Source: Brevundimonas sp. (lineage in GTDB: Bacteria; Pseudomonadota; Alphaproteobacteria; Caulobacterales; Caulobacteraceae). From it: a DNA stretch of 64,000 nucleotides. Made by a program: the position numbers and the translations under genes. This document shows, in pieces, positions 26,941-35,597 of this stretch. A model generated the notes under the pieces. That model did no database searches and was not told the origin of the DNA. It worked only from the letters and a program-made list of their open reading frames with translations. The stretch spans positions 16,443-80,442 of the forward strand of contig NZ_SDZL01000002.1 of the NCBI RefSeq assembly GCF_004210735.1, in the 5' to 3' direction. Positions within the stretch are counted from its first letter, which is position 1, and each line of letters begins with the position of its first letter.

Positions 26941-28083
26941 ATGAACCGCCTCACCAAAAGTGCACTATGTGCACTATGTGCACTGTGTTTTTTCGTCGGC
27001 ACGGCTCACGCCCAGGCCCAGGACGCGCCCCGCTGGTCGCTGGCCATCCACGGCGGCGCGGGCGTCATCGAGCGCGACAGCCTGCCCCCTGAACAGGACG
27101 CCGCCTATCGCGCCGCGCTGACGGTCGCGCTGGACGCCGGGTCCGCCGTCCTGGCGGGCGGCGGCTCGGCCCTCGACGCGGTCCAGGCGGCGGTTCAGGT
27201 GATGGAGGACGATCCCCTGTTCAACGCCGGACGCGGCGCCGTCTTCACCGCCGAGGGCCGGAACGAGCTGGACGCCGCCGTCATGAACGGCGCCGATCTG
27301 ACCGCCGGCTCGGTCGCGGGCCTGACCCGCACCCGTCACCCCGTCGCCGCCGCCCGCGCGGTGATGGAGCGCTCGCCCCACGTCATGTTGATCGGCCCCG
27401 GCGCCGACGCCTTCGCCGCCTCGGTCGGGCTGGAACAGGTCGATCCCGCCTTCTTCTTCACCGAGCGCCGCTGGCAGGGGCTGGAGACCGCGCTGCGTCA
27501 GCGGGACCTGCCGATCCCCGCTCGGCCCGTGGGGGCCGAGCCGGGCGCCATGGCCGCCCTGCCCGCCCCGCCGCTGAACGAGAAGAAGTTCGGCACCGTC
27601 GGCGCCGTCGCCCTGGACGCCCAGGGCCGCCTGGCCGCCGCCACCTCGACCGGCGGCATGACCGCCAAACGCTGGGGCCGGGTCGGCGACGTGCCGGTCA
27701 TCGGCGCGGGCACCTATGCCTCACGAAACTGCGCGGTCTCGGCGACAGGCAGTGGCGAGTATTTCATTCGCGCCACCGTCGCTCGCGATATCTGCGCCAT
27801 CATCGAAACCTCGACTTTTCCTGCCGTTCAGGGAGAGCCTTGCAAGGAAGTCCCCGCCGGGATGCATTGCCTTGCAGACACCGCGACTCCCATTGAGTGG
27901 CAGGCCGCTCGCGACGAAATCAGTGAGGTGAACGCGCTTGGGGGAGAAGGAGGCGTCATTGTCATCGGTCGCTCGGGCCAGCCTCATTTCGTGATGAACA
28001 CCTCGGGCATGTATCGCGGCGCGGTGTCCAGCACAGCCCCCGCCCGCGTCGCCATCTACGCCGATGAAGAGAAGGCCCGATGA
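26941..28083 (+). CDS. isoaspartyl peptidase / L-asparaginase (Ntn hydrolase, plant-type)
   Basis: Signal peptide; LAIHGGAG; autoprocessing site GTVGAVALD; GEYFIR; GGEGGVIV. Start taken at MNRLTKS (26941). Confidence 0.88.
   Translation: MNRLTKSALCALCALCFFVGTAHAQAQDAPRWSLAIHGGAGVIERDSLPPEQDAAYRAALTVALDAGSAVLAGGGSALDAVQAAVQVMEDDPLFNAGRGAVFTAEGRNELDAAVMNGADLTAGSVAGLTRTRHPVAAARAVMERSPHVMLIGPGADAFAASVGLEQVDPAFFFTERRWQGLETALRQRDLPIPARPVGAEPGAMAALPAPPLNEKKFGTVGAVALDAQGRLAAATSTGGMTAKRWGRVGDVPVIGAGTYASRNCAVSATGSGEYFIRATVARDICAIIETSTFPAVQGEPCKEVPAGMHCLADTATPIEWQAARDEISEVNALGGEGGVIVIGRSGQPHFVMNTSGMYRGAVSSTAPARVAIYADEEKAR
26960..26986 (+). repeat. 9-bp tandem repeat x3 (GTGCACTAT, GTGCACTAT, GTGCACTGT) inside the asparaginase signal peptide
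   Basis: Direct reading of the sequence. Encodes ALC-ALC-ALC and contains three GTGCAC palindromes. Confidence 0.9.
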
Positions 28084-28547
28084 GCAAGGACCATCCCGGC
28101 GTCATCGCCCCGCCGCCGCTGATCTATCTGGGCTTCCTGCTGACGGGCTGGGTGATCGAGCGGTTCAGCGCAGAGCTGACGCTGGGCCTGGCGACCGACT
28201 GGCGGCGCGGCCTGGCGCTGGTGCTGATCGTCGGCGGCCTGTTGATCGACGGCGTGGCGGCCGGTCAGTTCCGTCGCCTGGGCACCCCGCCCGAGCCGTG
28301 GAAACCCACCACCGCCCTGGCCACCGGTGGCCTGTATCGCCTCAGCCGCAACCCGATCTATGTCGGCTTCGCCGTGACCTATCTGGGCTTCGCCGTGGCG
28401 ATGGACAGCCCGGTCGCCCTGGCCCTGCTGATCCCGTGCCTGATCGTCGTCGACCGCTTCGTCATCGCGCGCGAGGAACGCTATCTGGAGGGCAGGTTCG
28501 GCGACGCCTTCCGCGCCTATCGCACAGGGGTCCGCCGATGGCTGTGA
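28080..28547 (+). CDS. isoprenylcysteine carboxyl methyltransferase (ICMT) family membrane protein
   Basis: 155 aa; GGLYRLSRNPIYVGF and EERYLEGRFGDAF motifs; ATGA overlap with the asparaginase stop. Confidence 0.8.
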   Translation: MSKDHPGVIAPPPLIYLGFLLTGWVIERFSAELTLGLATDWRRGLALVLIVGGLLIDGVAAGQFRRLGTPPEPWKPTTALATGGLYRLSRNPIYVGFAVTYLGFAVAMDSPVALALLIPCLIVVDRFVIAREERYLEGRFGDAFRAYRTGVRRWL

Positions 28548-28810
28548 ACGACGACGAACTGTCCGAAATGGCGATCGAGGAGCTGGACGCCGCCTGCGAC
28601 ATGACCTGGGACGAGGTCAGCCGGATCACCCCTTGGGGCGACGTCTTCACCGGCATCGCCCCCTCGGGCCGCGAGGTCGAGGTCGAGCGCCGCTACCTCT
28701 GGTCCAACGAACCCGGCGGCGGCGTGGTGATCGAGGTCGAGGTCCGCGATCCCCTCGCTCGTCAGGGGGCCGAGGCCAGCGCCCTGCTCAGCGCCCCGCC
28801 CGCCGGATGA
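28538..28810 (+). CDS. hypothetical acidic protein (90 aa)
   Basis: ATG 28538 overlaps the ICMT 3' end by 10 nt; GC-rich third positions; no family recognised. Confidence 0.5.
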   Translation: MAVNDDELSEMAIEELDAACDMTWDEVSRITPWGDVFTGIAPSGREVEVERRYLWSNEPGGGVVIEVEVRDPLARQGAEASALLSAPPAG

Positions 28811-28888
28811 CTCCCGGCGAACGGCGTTAACCTTTTCCTTGCTCCGGGCTGGGGCTGAGGCATGATACCGGCGTTCCGGGAGGCTTCG

Positions 28889-29581
28889 ATGGGCGTGTCC
28901 AACTATCCGGCCGATTTCAGCGCGGGCGCCGACCTGGCGCCGGTCGAGCCGACGCTGATGCTGGGTCTGCCGCCGCTGCTGCTCGCGTTGCTGCTGGTCG
29001 TCGCCCTGGGCTTCCTGGCGCTGGGCTGGGCCATCGGCCGCCTGCGCCCGACCGAGGAGGACACCGCCCCCGGCCTGTGGAAGGCCATCGACACCCCCCT
29101 GCAGACCGCCATGAAGGCCAACAGCGACCATCTGCCGGGCGCCGCGCGCACAGTGAAAAGCGTCATCGAGGCCCGGCTGGGGCCGGTGCTGACCCTGGCC
29201 GGCGGCCTGTCCGCCCCCCTGCATCAGATATCCGCCGCCCTGGGCGACGCTCACGCCGGCCATGGGCATGGCGGCCATGACCACGATGGGGGCCACGACG
29301 ACCACGGACATGACGCCGACCACGACCACGGCCACCACGACGCTGCGCCCACGCACAACACTCCTCACCCCGCCCCAGGCGTCACGGTGATCCAGACCGG
29401 GTCGGTCCTGCTGGCCCCCGCGCCGCCTCCGCACAGGCCCCCGCCCGCCAAGCCCGCGCCGACGCCGGCCCAGCGCTTGGCCGTCCTGCGTCAGGCGGTC
29501 TCGGACCTGAACGACCACTGGTGCCGCAAGGACGAGCGGCTGGCCGACCTCCGCGCCGCCCGCCGCGCCCTCAACCGCTAA
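28889..29581 (+). CDS. single-pass membrane protein with His/Asp-rich tract (hypothetical)
   Basis: GGGAGG RBS 5 nt before ATG 28889; one TM (LPPLLLALLLVVALGFLALGWAI); tract HAGHGHGGHDHDGGHDDHGHDADHDHGHHD; Pro-rich region. Confidence 0.6.
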   Translation: MGVSNYPADFSAGADLAPVEPTLMLGLPPLLLALLLVVALGFLALGWAIGRLRPTEEDTAPGLWKAIDTPLQTAMKANSDHLPGAARTVKSVIEARLGPVLTLAGGLSAPLHQISAALGDAHAGHGHGGHDHDGGHDDHGHDADHDHGHHDAAPTHNTPHPAPGVTVIQTGSVLLAPAPPPHRPPPAKPAPTPAQRLAVLRQAVSDLNDHWCRKDERLADLRAARRALNR

Positions 29582-29635
29582 CGCTGAACCGCTGACCCTG
29601 TTTCCAGATCGGCCGAAAACGCCTAAGCCGGACAA

Positions 29636-30646
29636 ATGAAACTCGCCTCGCTCAAGCACGGCCGCGACGGCCGCCTAGTGGTCGTCTCCAACGACCTGAA
29701 CTGGTTCACGGACGCCTTCCTGATCGCCCCCACATTGCAGGCGGCGCTGGACGACTGGGACCGCTGCGAGCCCCTGTTGCGGGCCTTGGCCGAAAGCCTG
29801 GAGCATGAGGGCGTGCCGCGCGGCCGCTTCCACGAACGCGACGCCGCCAGCCCCCTGCCCCGCGCTTATCAATGGGCCGACGGCTCGGCCTATGTGAACC
29901 ACGTCGAGCTGGTCCGTAAGGCGCGCGGCGCCGAGATGCCCGAAACCTTCTGGACCGACCCGCTGATGTATCAGGGCGGCTCCGACTCCCTGCTGCCGCC
30001 GCGCGACCCGATCCCGCTGGCCGACGAGGCCTGGGGCTGCGACCTTGAGGCCGAGGTCGTCGTCGTCACCGGCGATGTGCCCCAGGGCGTGACGCGCGAA
30101 GAGGCGCTGTCGCACATCCGTCTGGTCGGCCTTGTCAACGACGTCTCCCTGCGCAACCTGATCCCCGGCGAACTGGCCAAGGGGTTCGGCTTCGTCCAGT
30201 CCAAGCCCGCCAGCGCCCTGTCTCCCGTGCTGGTCACGCCCGACGCCCTGGGCGACCGCTGGAAGGACGGAAAGCTGCACGGCGAACTGTCGGTCCAGCT
30301 GAACGGCCAGCCCTTCGGCCGGGCCGACGCCGGCGTCGACATGACCTTCGACTTCGGAACCCTGATCGCCCACCTGGCCAGGACCCGCACCCTGGGCGCC
30401 GGCTCGATCATCGGCTCGGGCACCGTGTCCAACCGCGACGCCGACGGCGGCCCGGGCAAGCCGGTGGCCGAGGGCGGCCTGGGCTATTCCTGCATCGCCG
30501 AGGTCCGCACCGTCGAAACCCTCCTGCGCGGCAAGCCCGAAACCGGCTTCCTCAAGCACGGCGACACCGTCCGCATCGAGATGCTGGACGACAAGCACCA
30601 CACCCTCTTCGGCGCCATTGAGCAGGTGGTGCGGCTGACCTCGTAG
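29636..30646 (+). CDS. fumarylacetoacetate hydrolase (FAH) family protein
   Basis: 336 aa, sequence typical of the about-330-aa alphaproteobacterial FAH-family proteins (MKLASLKHGRDGRLVVVS...). Confidence 0.8.
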   Translation: MKLASLKHGRDGRLVVVSNDLNWFTDAFLIAPTLQAALDDWDRCEPLLRALAESLEHEGVPRGRFHERDAASPLPRAYQWADGSAYVNHVELVRKARGAEMPETFWTDPLMYQGGSDSLLPPRDPIPLADEAWGCDLEAEVVVVTGDVPQGVTREEALSHIRLVGLVNDVSLRNLIPGELAKGFGFVQSKPASALSPVLVTPDALGDRWKDGKLHGELSVQLNGQPFGRADAGVDMTFDFGTLIAHLARTRTLGAGSIIGSGTVSNRDADGGPGKPVAEGGLGYSCIAEVRTVETLLRGKPETGFLKHGDTVRIEMLDDKHHTLFGAIEQVVRLTS

Positions 30647-30735
30647 CCCTCCCGTATTAGGCGTTCAGGATCTTCCCCGGATGCAACTACAAGGTTACAA
30701 GCCCCACAGGCGTGCTGACGCCAGGGGAGGACTGA

Positions 30736-31542
30736 ATGCCGAAGACAAAAGGGCTACTCGCTTCGCTATGCGCCACGGCGGTCGCCACGCTGGCGCCCGC
30801 AGCAAGCGCACAGGACGTCTGGACCATCGAACGGCCGGGTCGCAATCAGGTTTCCGCCTCCACCATCTTCAACAGCGGGCACGTCATCGCCCTTCGTTGC
30901 AGCGGGCGTCAGCCTGAGGTTGTCGTGATCGGCCTGCCTCCGGCCACCCGTCCGGAAACGCTGCACGCCAGCAATTTCGCACGAACGATCGAGGTCATCG
31001 TCGACGGCCGCAAACTGCCCTCGTCGTTGTGGCTGGTTCCCTCCGACCGGACAGCCGCCTTCTTCACAAACCCTGCGGCGTTGGCGCGGGCTCTGCGAAC
31101 CGGTCAGGAGCTCACGCTACGCATCGTGCCCGAAAGCGGACCGGCAACCCGGATCGTGTTGAAATTGCCCGATGATCGTCAGGGCATCGAAGCCATTTTC
31201 GGCGAATGCGGCATACCGCTCACCGATCCCAGAGACGAAGCGACAGACCTGTCGGCCGCTGCAAAGCCCGGCGACCGACCGCTGCTTCAATGGGCCTCGC
31301 CCCCTCGGGCCGAGTACCCGCCCGTGGCCCAGATGAACAACGCAACCGAAGGGCTTGCGGTTATTTCCTGCTTCGCCGCCCCGAACGGCAGACTCAGCGA
31401 ATGCCGCGCCGATTACGCGGCGCCTGCCGGCTATGGCTTTGATGAGGCCGCGCTCACAAGCATGCGGCGCGCCCGGGTCACGCCTCACGAGGACACGTCC
31501 CCCCGCCCCGTCGCTTTCACCATGCGCTTCAGGCTGCAATAA
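30736..31542 (+). CDS. secreted protein with TonB C-terminal-like domain (hypothetical)
   Basis: Signal peptide (ATLAPAASAQD). The C-terminal roughly 80 aa resembles the TonB_C fold pattern (YPPVAQ...GLAVISCF...GRLSEC...GYGFDEAAL). GC is lower than in neighbouring genes. Confidence 0.55.
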   Translation: MPKTKGLLASLCATAVATLAPAASAQDVWTIERPGRNQVSASTIFNSGHVIALRCSGRQPEVVVIGLPPATRPETLHASNFARTIEVIVDGRKLPSSLWLVPSDRTAAFFTNPAALARALRTGQELTLRIVPESGPATRIVLKLPDDRQGIEAIFGECGIPLTDPRDEATDLSAAAKPGDRPLLQWASPPRAEYPPVAQMNNATEGLAVISCFAAPNGRLSECRADYAAPAGYGFDEAALTSMRRARVTPHEDTSPRPVAFTMRFRLQ

Positions 31543-31598
31543 GGGCCGTTGACCCGGCGCCGCGCATCGCTAGATTGCGCGCCTTCCGACGGACCTGT

Positions 31599-31683
31599 GC
31601 GGGTGTGGTGGAATTGGTAGACGCGCTGGATTCAAAATCCTGTTCCGAGAGGAGTGCCGGTTCGAGCCCGGCCACCCGCACCA
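31599..31683 (+). tRNA. tRNA-Leu (anticodon CAA)
   Basis: GCGGGTGTGGTGGAATTGGTAGAC...CTGGATTCAAAATCCTG...long variable arm...GGTTCGAGCCCGGCCACCCGCACCA; acceptor stem GCGGGTG/CACCCGC. Confidence 0.93.
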
Positions 31684-31763
31684 GTCGTCAACTCATGTTG
31701 CGGCGCAGCAAATAGTTGACCTGCAGGGTTGCGGCAGCGCGTCGCAGGTCGCATCTGCACCCG

Positions 31764-33044
31764 ATGTTCTCTACCGCTGACACGTCCCCCGTTCCGCCTT
31801 CGATCACCAAGGGGCCCGGCTTTCCGGAGTTCGTCTGTCTGATCGCCATGATGATGGCGATGAACGCTCTGGCCATCGACGCCATGCTGCCGGCCCTGCC
31901 GCAGATCGGCGAGGCTCTGGGTGTCGCGCACGACAATGACCGGCAGTGGATCATCACAGCCTATCTGCTGGGCTTCGGCGGGGCGCAGCTGATCTATGGG
32001 CCGCTGGCCGACCGGTACGGTCGCAAGCCGGTGCTGATGCTGGGCGTCGGCCTGTACGTCGCCTTCGCCGCGCTGGCGTCGGCGGCCAGCAGCTTTGACC
32101 TGTTGATCCTGTCGCGCATCGGCATGGGGATCGGCGCGGCGGCGACGCGGGTGCTGGCCGTATCCATCGTCCGCGACCGCTACAGCGGCCGAACCATGGC
32201 GCGGGTGATGTCGCTCAGCTTCCTGGTCTTCCTGGGTGTGCCGATTCTGGCTCCCACGATCGGCCAGCTGATCCTGCTGGTGGCGCCATGGCGCTGGATC
32301 TTCGGCGTGCTGGGCCTGTTCGGCGCGGGCGTGGCGCTGTGGGCGGCGATCCGCCTGCCCGAGACCCTGCATCCCGAGGATCGCCGTCCGATCCAGGCCA
32401 GCCGCATCGCCGCCGCCTTCGGCGAGGCGCTGAGCAGCCGTATCGGCATGGGCTACACCCTGGCCATGACGGCGATCACCGGGGCCCTGTTCGGCTTCAT
32501 CAACTCGTCGCAGCAGATATTCTTCGATGTCTTCAAGGCGCCGCAGCTGTTCACGACTGTCTTCGCCCTGATCGCGGGGGGCATCGCCGTAGCGTCATTG
32601 CTGAACGCCCGCCTGGTCGAGAAGCTGGGCTCGCGGATGATCGGACATACGGCGTTGCTGGGCTTCATCGTCTTCGGCGTGATCCATGCCGTCATCGCCA
32701 TCAGCGGACATGAAACGATCTGGACCTTCACCATCCTGCAGACGCTCAAGATGTTCTGCTTCGGCATGATCGCGGGCAATTTCGGCTCGATGGCGATGGA
32801 GCCGATGGGCCATATCGCGGGCACGGCCTCGTCGGCCCAGGGCTTTATCTCAACCATCGGCGGGGCCTTGGCGGGCTTCTATGTCGGCCAGCATTTCGAC
32901 GGGACGACCGTACCCTTCAATATCGGCTTCGCCCTGTTCGGCCTGCTGGCGTTGGGTGCGGTGCTGGTCGCCGAGCGCGGTCGATTGTTCAAGGCCCACC
33001 ACCTGCCGCCCGCATCGCGAACCAGGCCGTCAGTTGGTCGCTGA
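31764..33044 (+). CDS. MFS transporter, Bcr/CflA drug-resistance family
   Basis: 12-TM MFS with the LADRYGRKPVLM motif; start taken at MFSTADT. Confidence 0.8.
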   Translation: MFSTADTSPVPPSITKGPGFPEFVCLIAMMMAMNALAIDAMLPALPQIGEALGVAHDNDRQWIITAYLLGFGGAQLIYGPLADRYGRKPVLMLGVGLYVAFAALASAASSFDLLILSRIGMGIGAAATRVLAVSIVRDRYSGRTMARVMSLSFLVFLGVPILAPTIGQLILLVAPWRWIFGVLGLFGAGVALWAAIRLPETLHPEDRRPIQASRIAAAFGEALSSRIGMGYTLAMTAITGALFGFINSSQQIFFDVFKAPQLFTTVFALIAGGIAVASLLNARLVEKLGSRMIGHTALLGFIVFGVIHAVIAISGHETIWTFTILQTLKMFCFGMIAGNFGSMAMEPMGHIAGTASSAQGFISTIGGALAGFYVGQHFDGTTVPFNIGFALFGLLALGAVLVAERGRLFKAHHLPPASRTRPSVGR

Positions 33045-33122
33045 TCCGTCCCGCCAGATCCGTCAGGTCTTGATCTTTCAGGCGCGAGGGGGCGTTGTCC
33101 CTCGAAACTGAAGGAACGCTCG

Positions 33123-35066
33123 ATGATCCGCACCATGGCCGGCCTGGTTTCCGCCCTCGCCCTCACCGCCGCGCTCGGCGCTTGCGCGACTACCGGCGCG
33201 ATGCCCGTCACGCCCGGGACGCCGCCCGTGACCGCGCCCGCCGACTATGTGCGCGATGTTCACTCCTATGCCCGGCCCGAGATCGCACGCGTCACCCACG
33301 TCGATCTGGACCTGACCACCGACTTCGCCGCCAAGACGGTGTCGGGCGCAGCGACCCTGACCGTCACGGCCCAACTCGGCGCGACCGAGATCATCCTGGA
33401 CGCGCGCAACCTGGACATCCACACCGTCCGCGACCAGGCGGGCGTCCCGCTGCAGTTCGTGCTGGGCGATGACGACCCGATCATGGGCCAGCCGCTGACG
33501 GTGCGCTTCCCCGCCTTCGCCGCGGGCGAGACGCGCAAGATCCGCATCGACTACGCCAGCCGCCCGGACTCGGCGGCCCTGCAATGGCTGACCCCGGCCC
33601 AGACGGCGGGCGGCCAGAAGCCCTATATGTTCAGCCAGGGCCAGGCGATCCTGACCCGCACCTGGGTCCCGACCCAGGACAGCCCCGGCATCCGTCAGAC
33701 CTACTCCGCCCGCATCGTCACGCCCGCCGATCTGAAGGCGGTGATGAGCGCCGAAATGCTGAGCCCCGAGGGCGAGGCCGCTGGCCCGAACCAGAAGGCC
33801 TGGCGGTTCAGGATGGACCTGCCGGTGCCGCCCTATCTGATCGCCATCGGCGTGGGCGACGTGGCCTTCGGCGCCATCGACGAGCGCACCGGCGTCTGGA
33901 CCGAACCCAGGAACCTGGCCCGTGATGTGTGGGAGCTGGAGCCCACCGCCCGCATGGTCGATGAGGCTGAGAAGCTGTACGGCCCCTATCGCTGGGGCCG
34001 CTATGACCTGCTGGTCCTGCCGCCCGCATTCCCATTTGGCGGGATGGAGAATCCGCGCCTGACCTTCGCCACCCCGACCATCATCGCCGGCGACCGCTCG
34101 CTGGTGTCGCTGGTGGCGCACGAACTGGCGCACAGCTGGTCGGGCAATCTGGTGACCAACGCCACCTGGGACGATTTCTGGCTGAACGAGGGTTTCACCT
34201 CCTATTTCGAAAACCGGATCATGGAGGCGATCTACGGCCGTGAGCTGGCGGTCCAGGAACAGGCCCTGGCCTGGGACGGCCTGTTGAACGACATCAAGGA
34301 CATGCCGTCGGCCGACACCCACCTGCACCTGAACCTGGCCGGCCGCGATCCCGACGACGGCATGAACAGCATCGCCTATGACAAGGGCGCCGCCCTGCTG
34401 CGCACCATCGAGGAGACAGCGGGCCGCGAACGGTTCGACGCCTGGCTGCGCGGCTATTTCGACCGCAACGCCTTCCGTCCGATGACCGACGAACGCTTCC
34501 TGGCCGATCTGCGTCAGCACCTGATCAAGGGCGACGCGGCGCTGGAATCTTCGCTTCAGCTGAACGCCTGGATCTATGGTCCCGGTATTCCGTCGAACGC
34601 CAAGGCGCCGGTGTCGAACGCCTTTGAGCCGGTCGATGCGGCGGCCCAGGCCTTCTATGTCGCCAAGGGCCCGGCCTCGGCCGTGCCGTGGAAGGACTGG
34701 AACACCCAGCAGCGCCAGCGCTTCCTCAGCTGGCGCCCCCAAGGCGGAACCTCGGCCGACTGGCTGACCCCGGCCCAGCTGGCCGATCTGGAATCGACCC
34801 TGAAGCTGAAGGACGAGGGTAACGCCGAACTGGTCTTCGCCTGGCTGCAGATCGCCGTGGCCCACCGCTATCAGCCCGCCGTGCCGACGCTGGAGCATTT
34901 CCTGAAGAGCCAGGGGCGCCGCAAATTCGTCCTGCCGCTGTTCGTCAGCCTGTGGGGCGAAGAGGCCTGGGGCCGCGATCTGGCCAAACGCATCTACGCC
35001 GAGGCCCGGCCGCTGTATCACCCGGTGACCTTCAACTCGGTCGACGCCGTGGTCGGTCGCCCCTGA
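33123..35066 (+). CDS. M1 family metallo-aminopeptidase (leukotriene A4 hydrolase-like), lipoprotein
   Basis: 647 aa; lipobox LGAC; GGMENP, HELAHSWSGNLVTN and LNEGFTSY motifs. Confidence 0.9.
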   Translation: MIRTMAGLVSALALTAALGACATTGAMPVTPGTPPVTAPADYVRDVHSYARPEIARVTHVDLDLTTDFAAKTVSGAATLTVTAQLGATEIILDARNLDIHTVRDQAGVPLQFVLGDDDPIMGQPLTVRFPAFAAGETRKIRIDYASRPDSAALQWLTPAQTAGGQKPYMFSQGQAILTRTWVPTQDSPGIRQTYSARIVTPADLKAVMSAEMLSPEGEAAGPNQKAWRFRMDLPVPPYLIAIGVGDVAFGAIDERTGVWTEPRNLARDVWELEPTARMVDEAEKLYGPYRWGRYDLLVLPPAFPFGGMENPRLTFATPTIIAGDRSLVSLVAHELAHSWSGNLVTNATWDDFWLNEGFTSYFENRIMEAIYGRELAVQEQALAWDGLLNDIKDMPSADTHLHLNLAGRDPDDGMNSIAYDKGAALLRTIEETAGRERFDAWLRGYFDRNAFRPMTDERFLADLRQHLIKGDAALESSLQLNAWIYGPGIPSNAKAPVSNAFEPVDAAAQAFYVAKGPASAVPWKDWNTQQRQRFLSWRPQGGTSADWLTPAQLADLESTLKLKDEGNAELVFAWLQIAVAHRYQPAVPTLEHFLKSQGRRKFVLPLFVSLWGEEAWGRDLAKRIYAEARPLYHPVTFNSVDAVVGRP

Positions 35067-35087
35067 TCGGATCGTGAGGGCGGCGGC

Positions 35088-35519
35088 CTAGAGGTTCACC
35101 ACCTCGACGCCGTCGTCCTTCACCAGCCGTTCGGCCAGGATCGCGCGGTGGCAACCCGCGTGGTCCGCCTCGAAGCACAACAGCGCCACGCGCTTTTCCT
35201 CGACCAACGTCTTGAGCCGCTGATACTCCGCCTCGGCCGCCGGTTCCGCCATGTGGTCGGCGTAGATGGCGCGCATCGTGGCGACGTCGCCCTTGCGCGC
35301 CGCGTCGCGCCCCGCCTTGGGCGTGCCCAGTGCGCGCAGATGCAGATAGTCGATCCCCTCGGCCTTCAGGCTTTCGCCCAGCACCGTCTTGGAAAAACCC
35401 GCTCGGCGCGACGCCGCCACAGCCCGCACATCGACCAGCAACTCGACCCCGGCCGTCTTCAGCCGGTCCAGCACCTGGCCTTGGGTTTCGCCTTCGTATC
35501 CGATGGTGAACAGCTTCAT
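35088..35519 (-). CDS. DUF488 family protein
   Basis: 143 aa starting MKLFTIGYEG; DUF488-typical LLVDVR...FSK and LLCFEADHAGCHR. Confidence 0.75.
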   Translation of the reverse strand: MKLFTIGYEGETQGQVLDRLKTAGVELLVDVRAVAASRRAGFSKTVLGESLKAEGIDYLHLRALGTPKAGRDAARKGDVATMRAIYADHMAEPAAEAEYQRLKTLVEEKRVALLCFEADHAGCHRAILAERLVKDDGVEVVNL

Positions 35520-35597
35520 CCGGCCAGTATGGGCGCCGTCCGGGCTTGACGCCAAGCGCGACCATGCGCACCCCTGCGCCTCAAAGGGAGACCGCTC

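Noticed and set aside
29230-29350. Repetitive-looking CAC/GAC/GGC stretch, considered as a possible repeat array
   Set aside because: It is the coding sequence of the His/Asp-rich tract. It has no regular repeat-spacer periodicity. No CRISPR-like array exists anywhere in the window.
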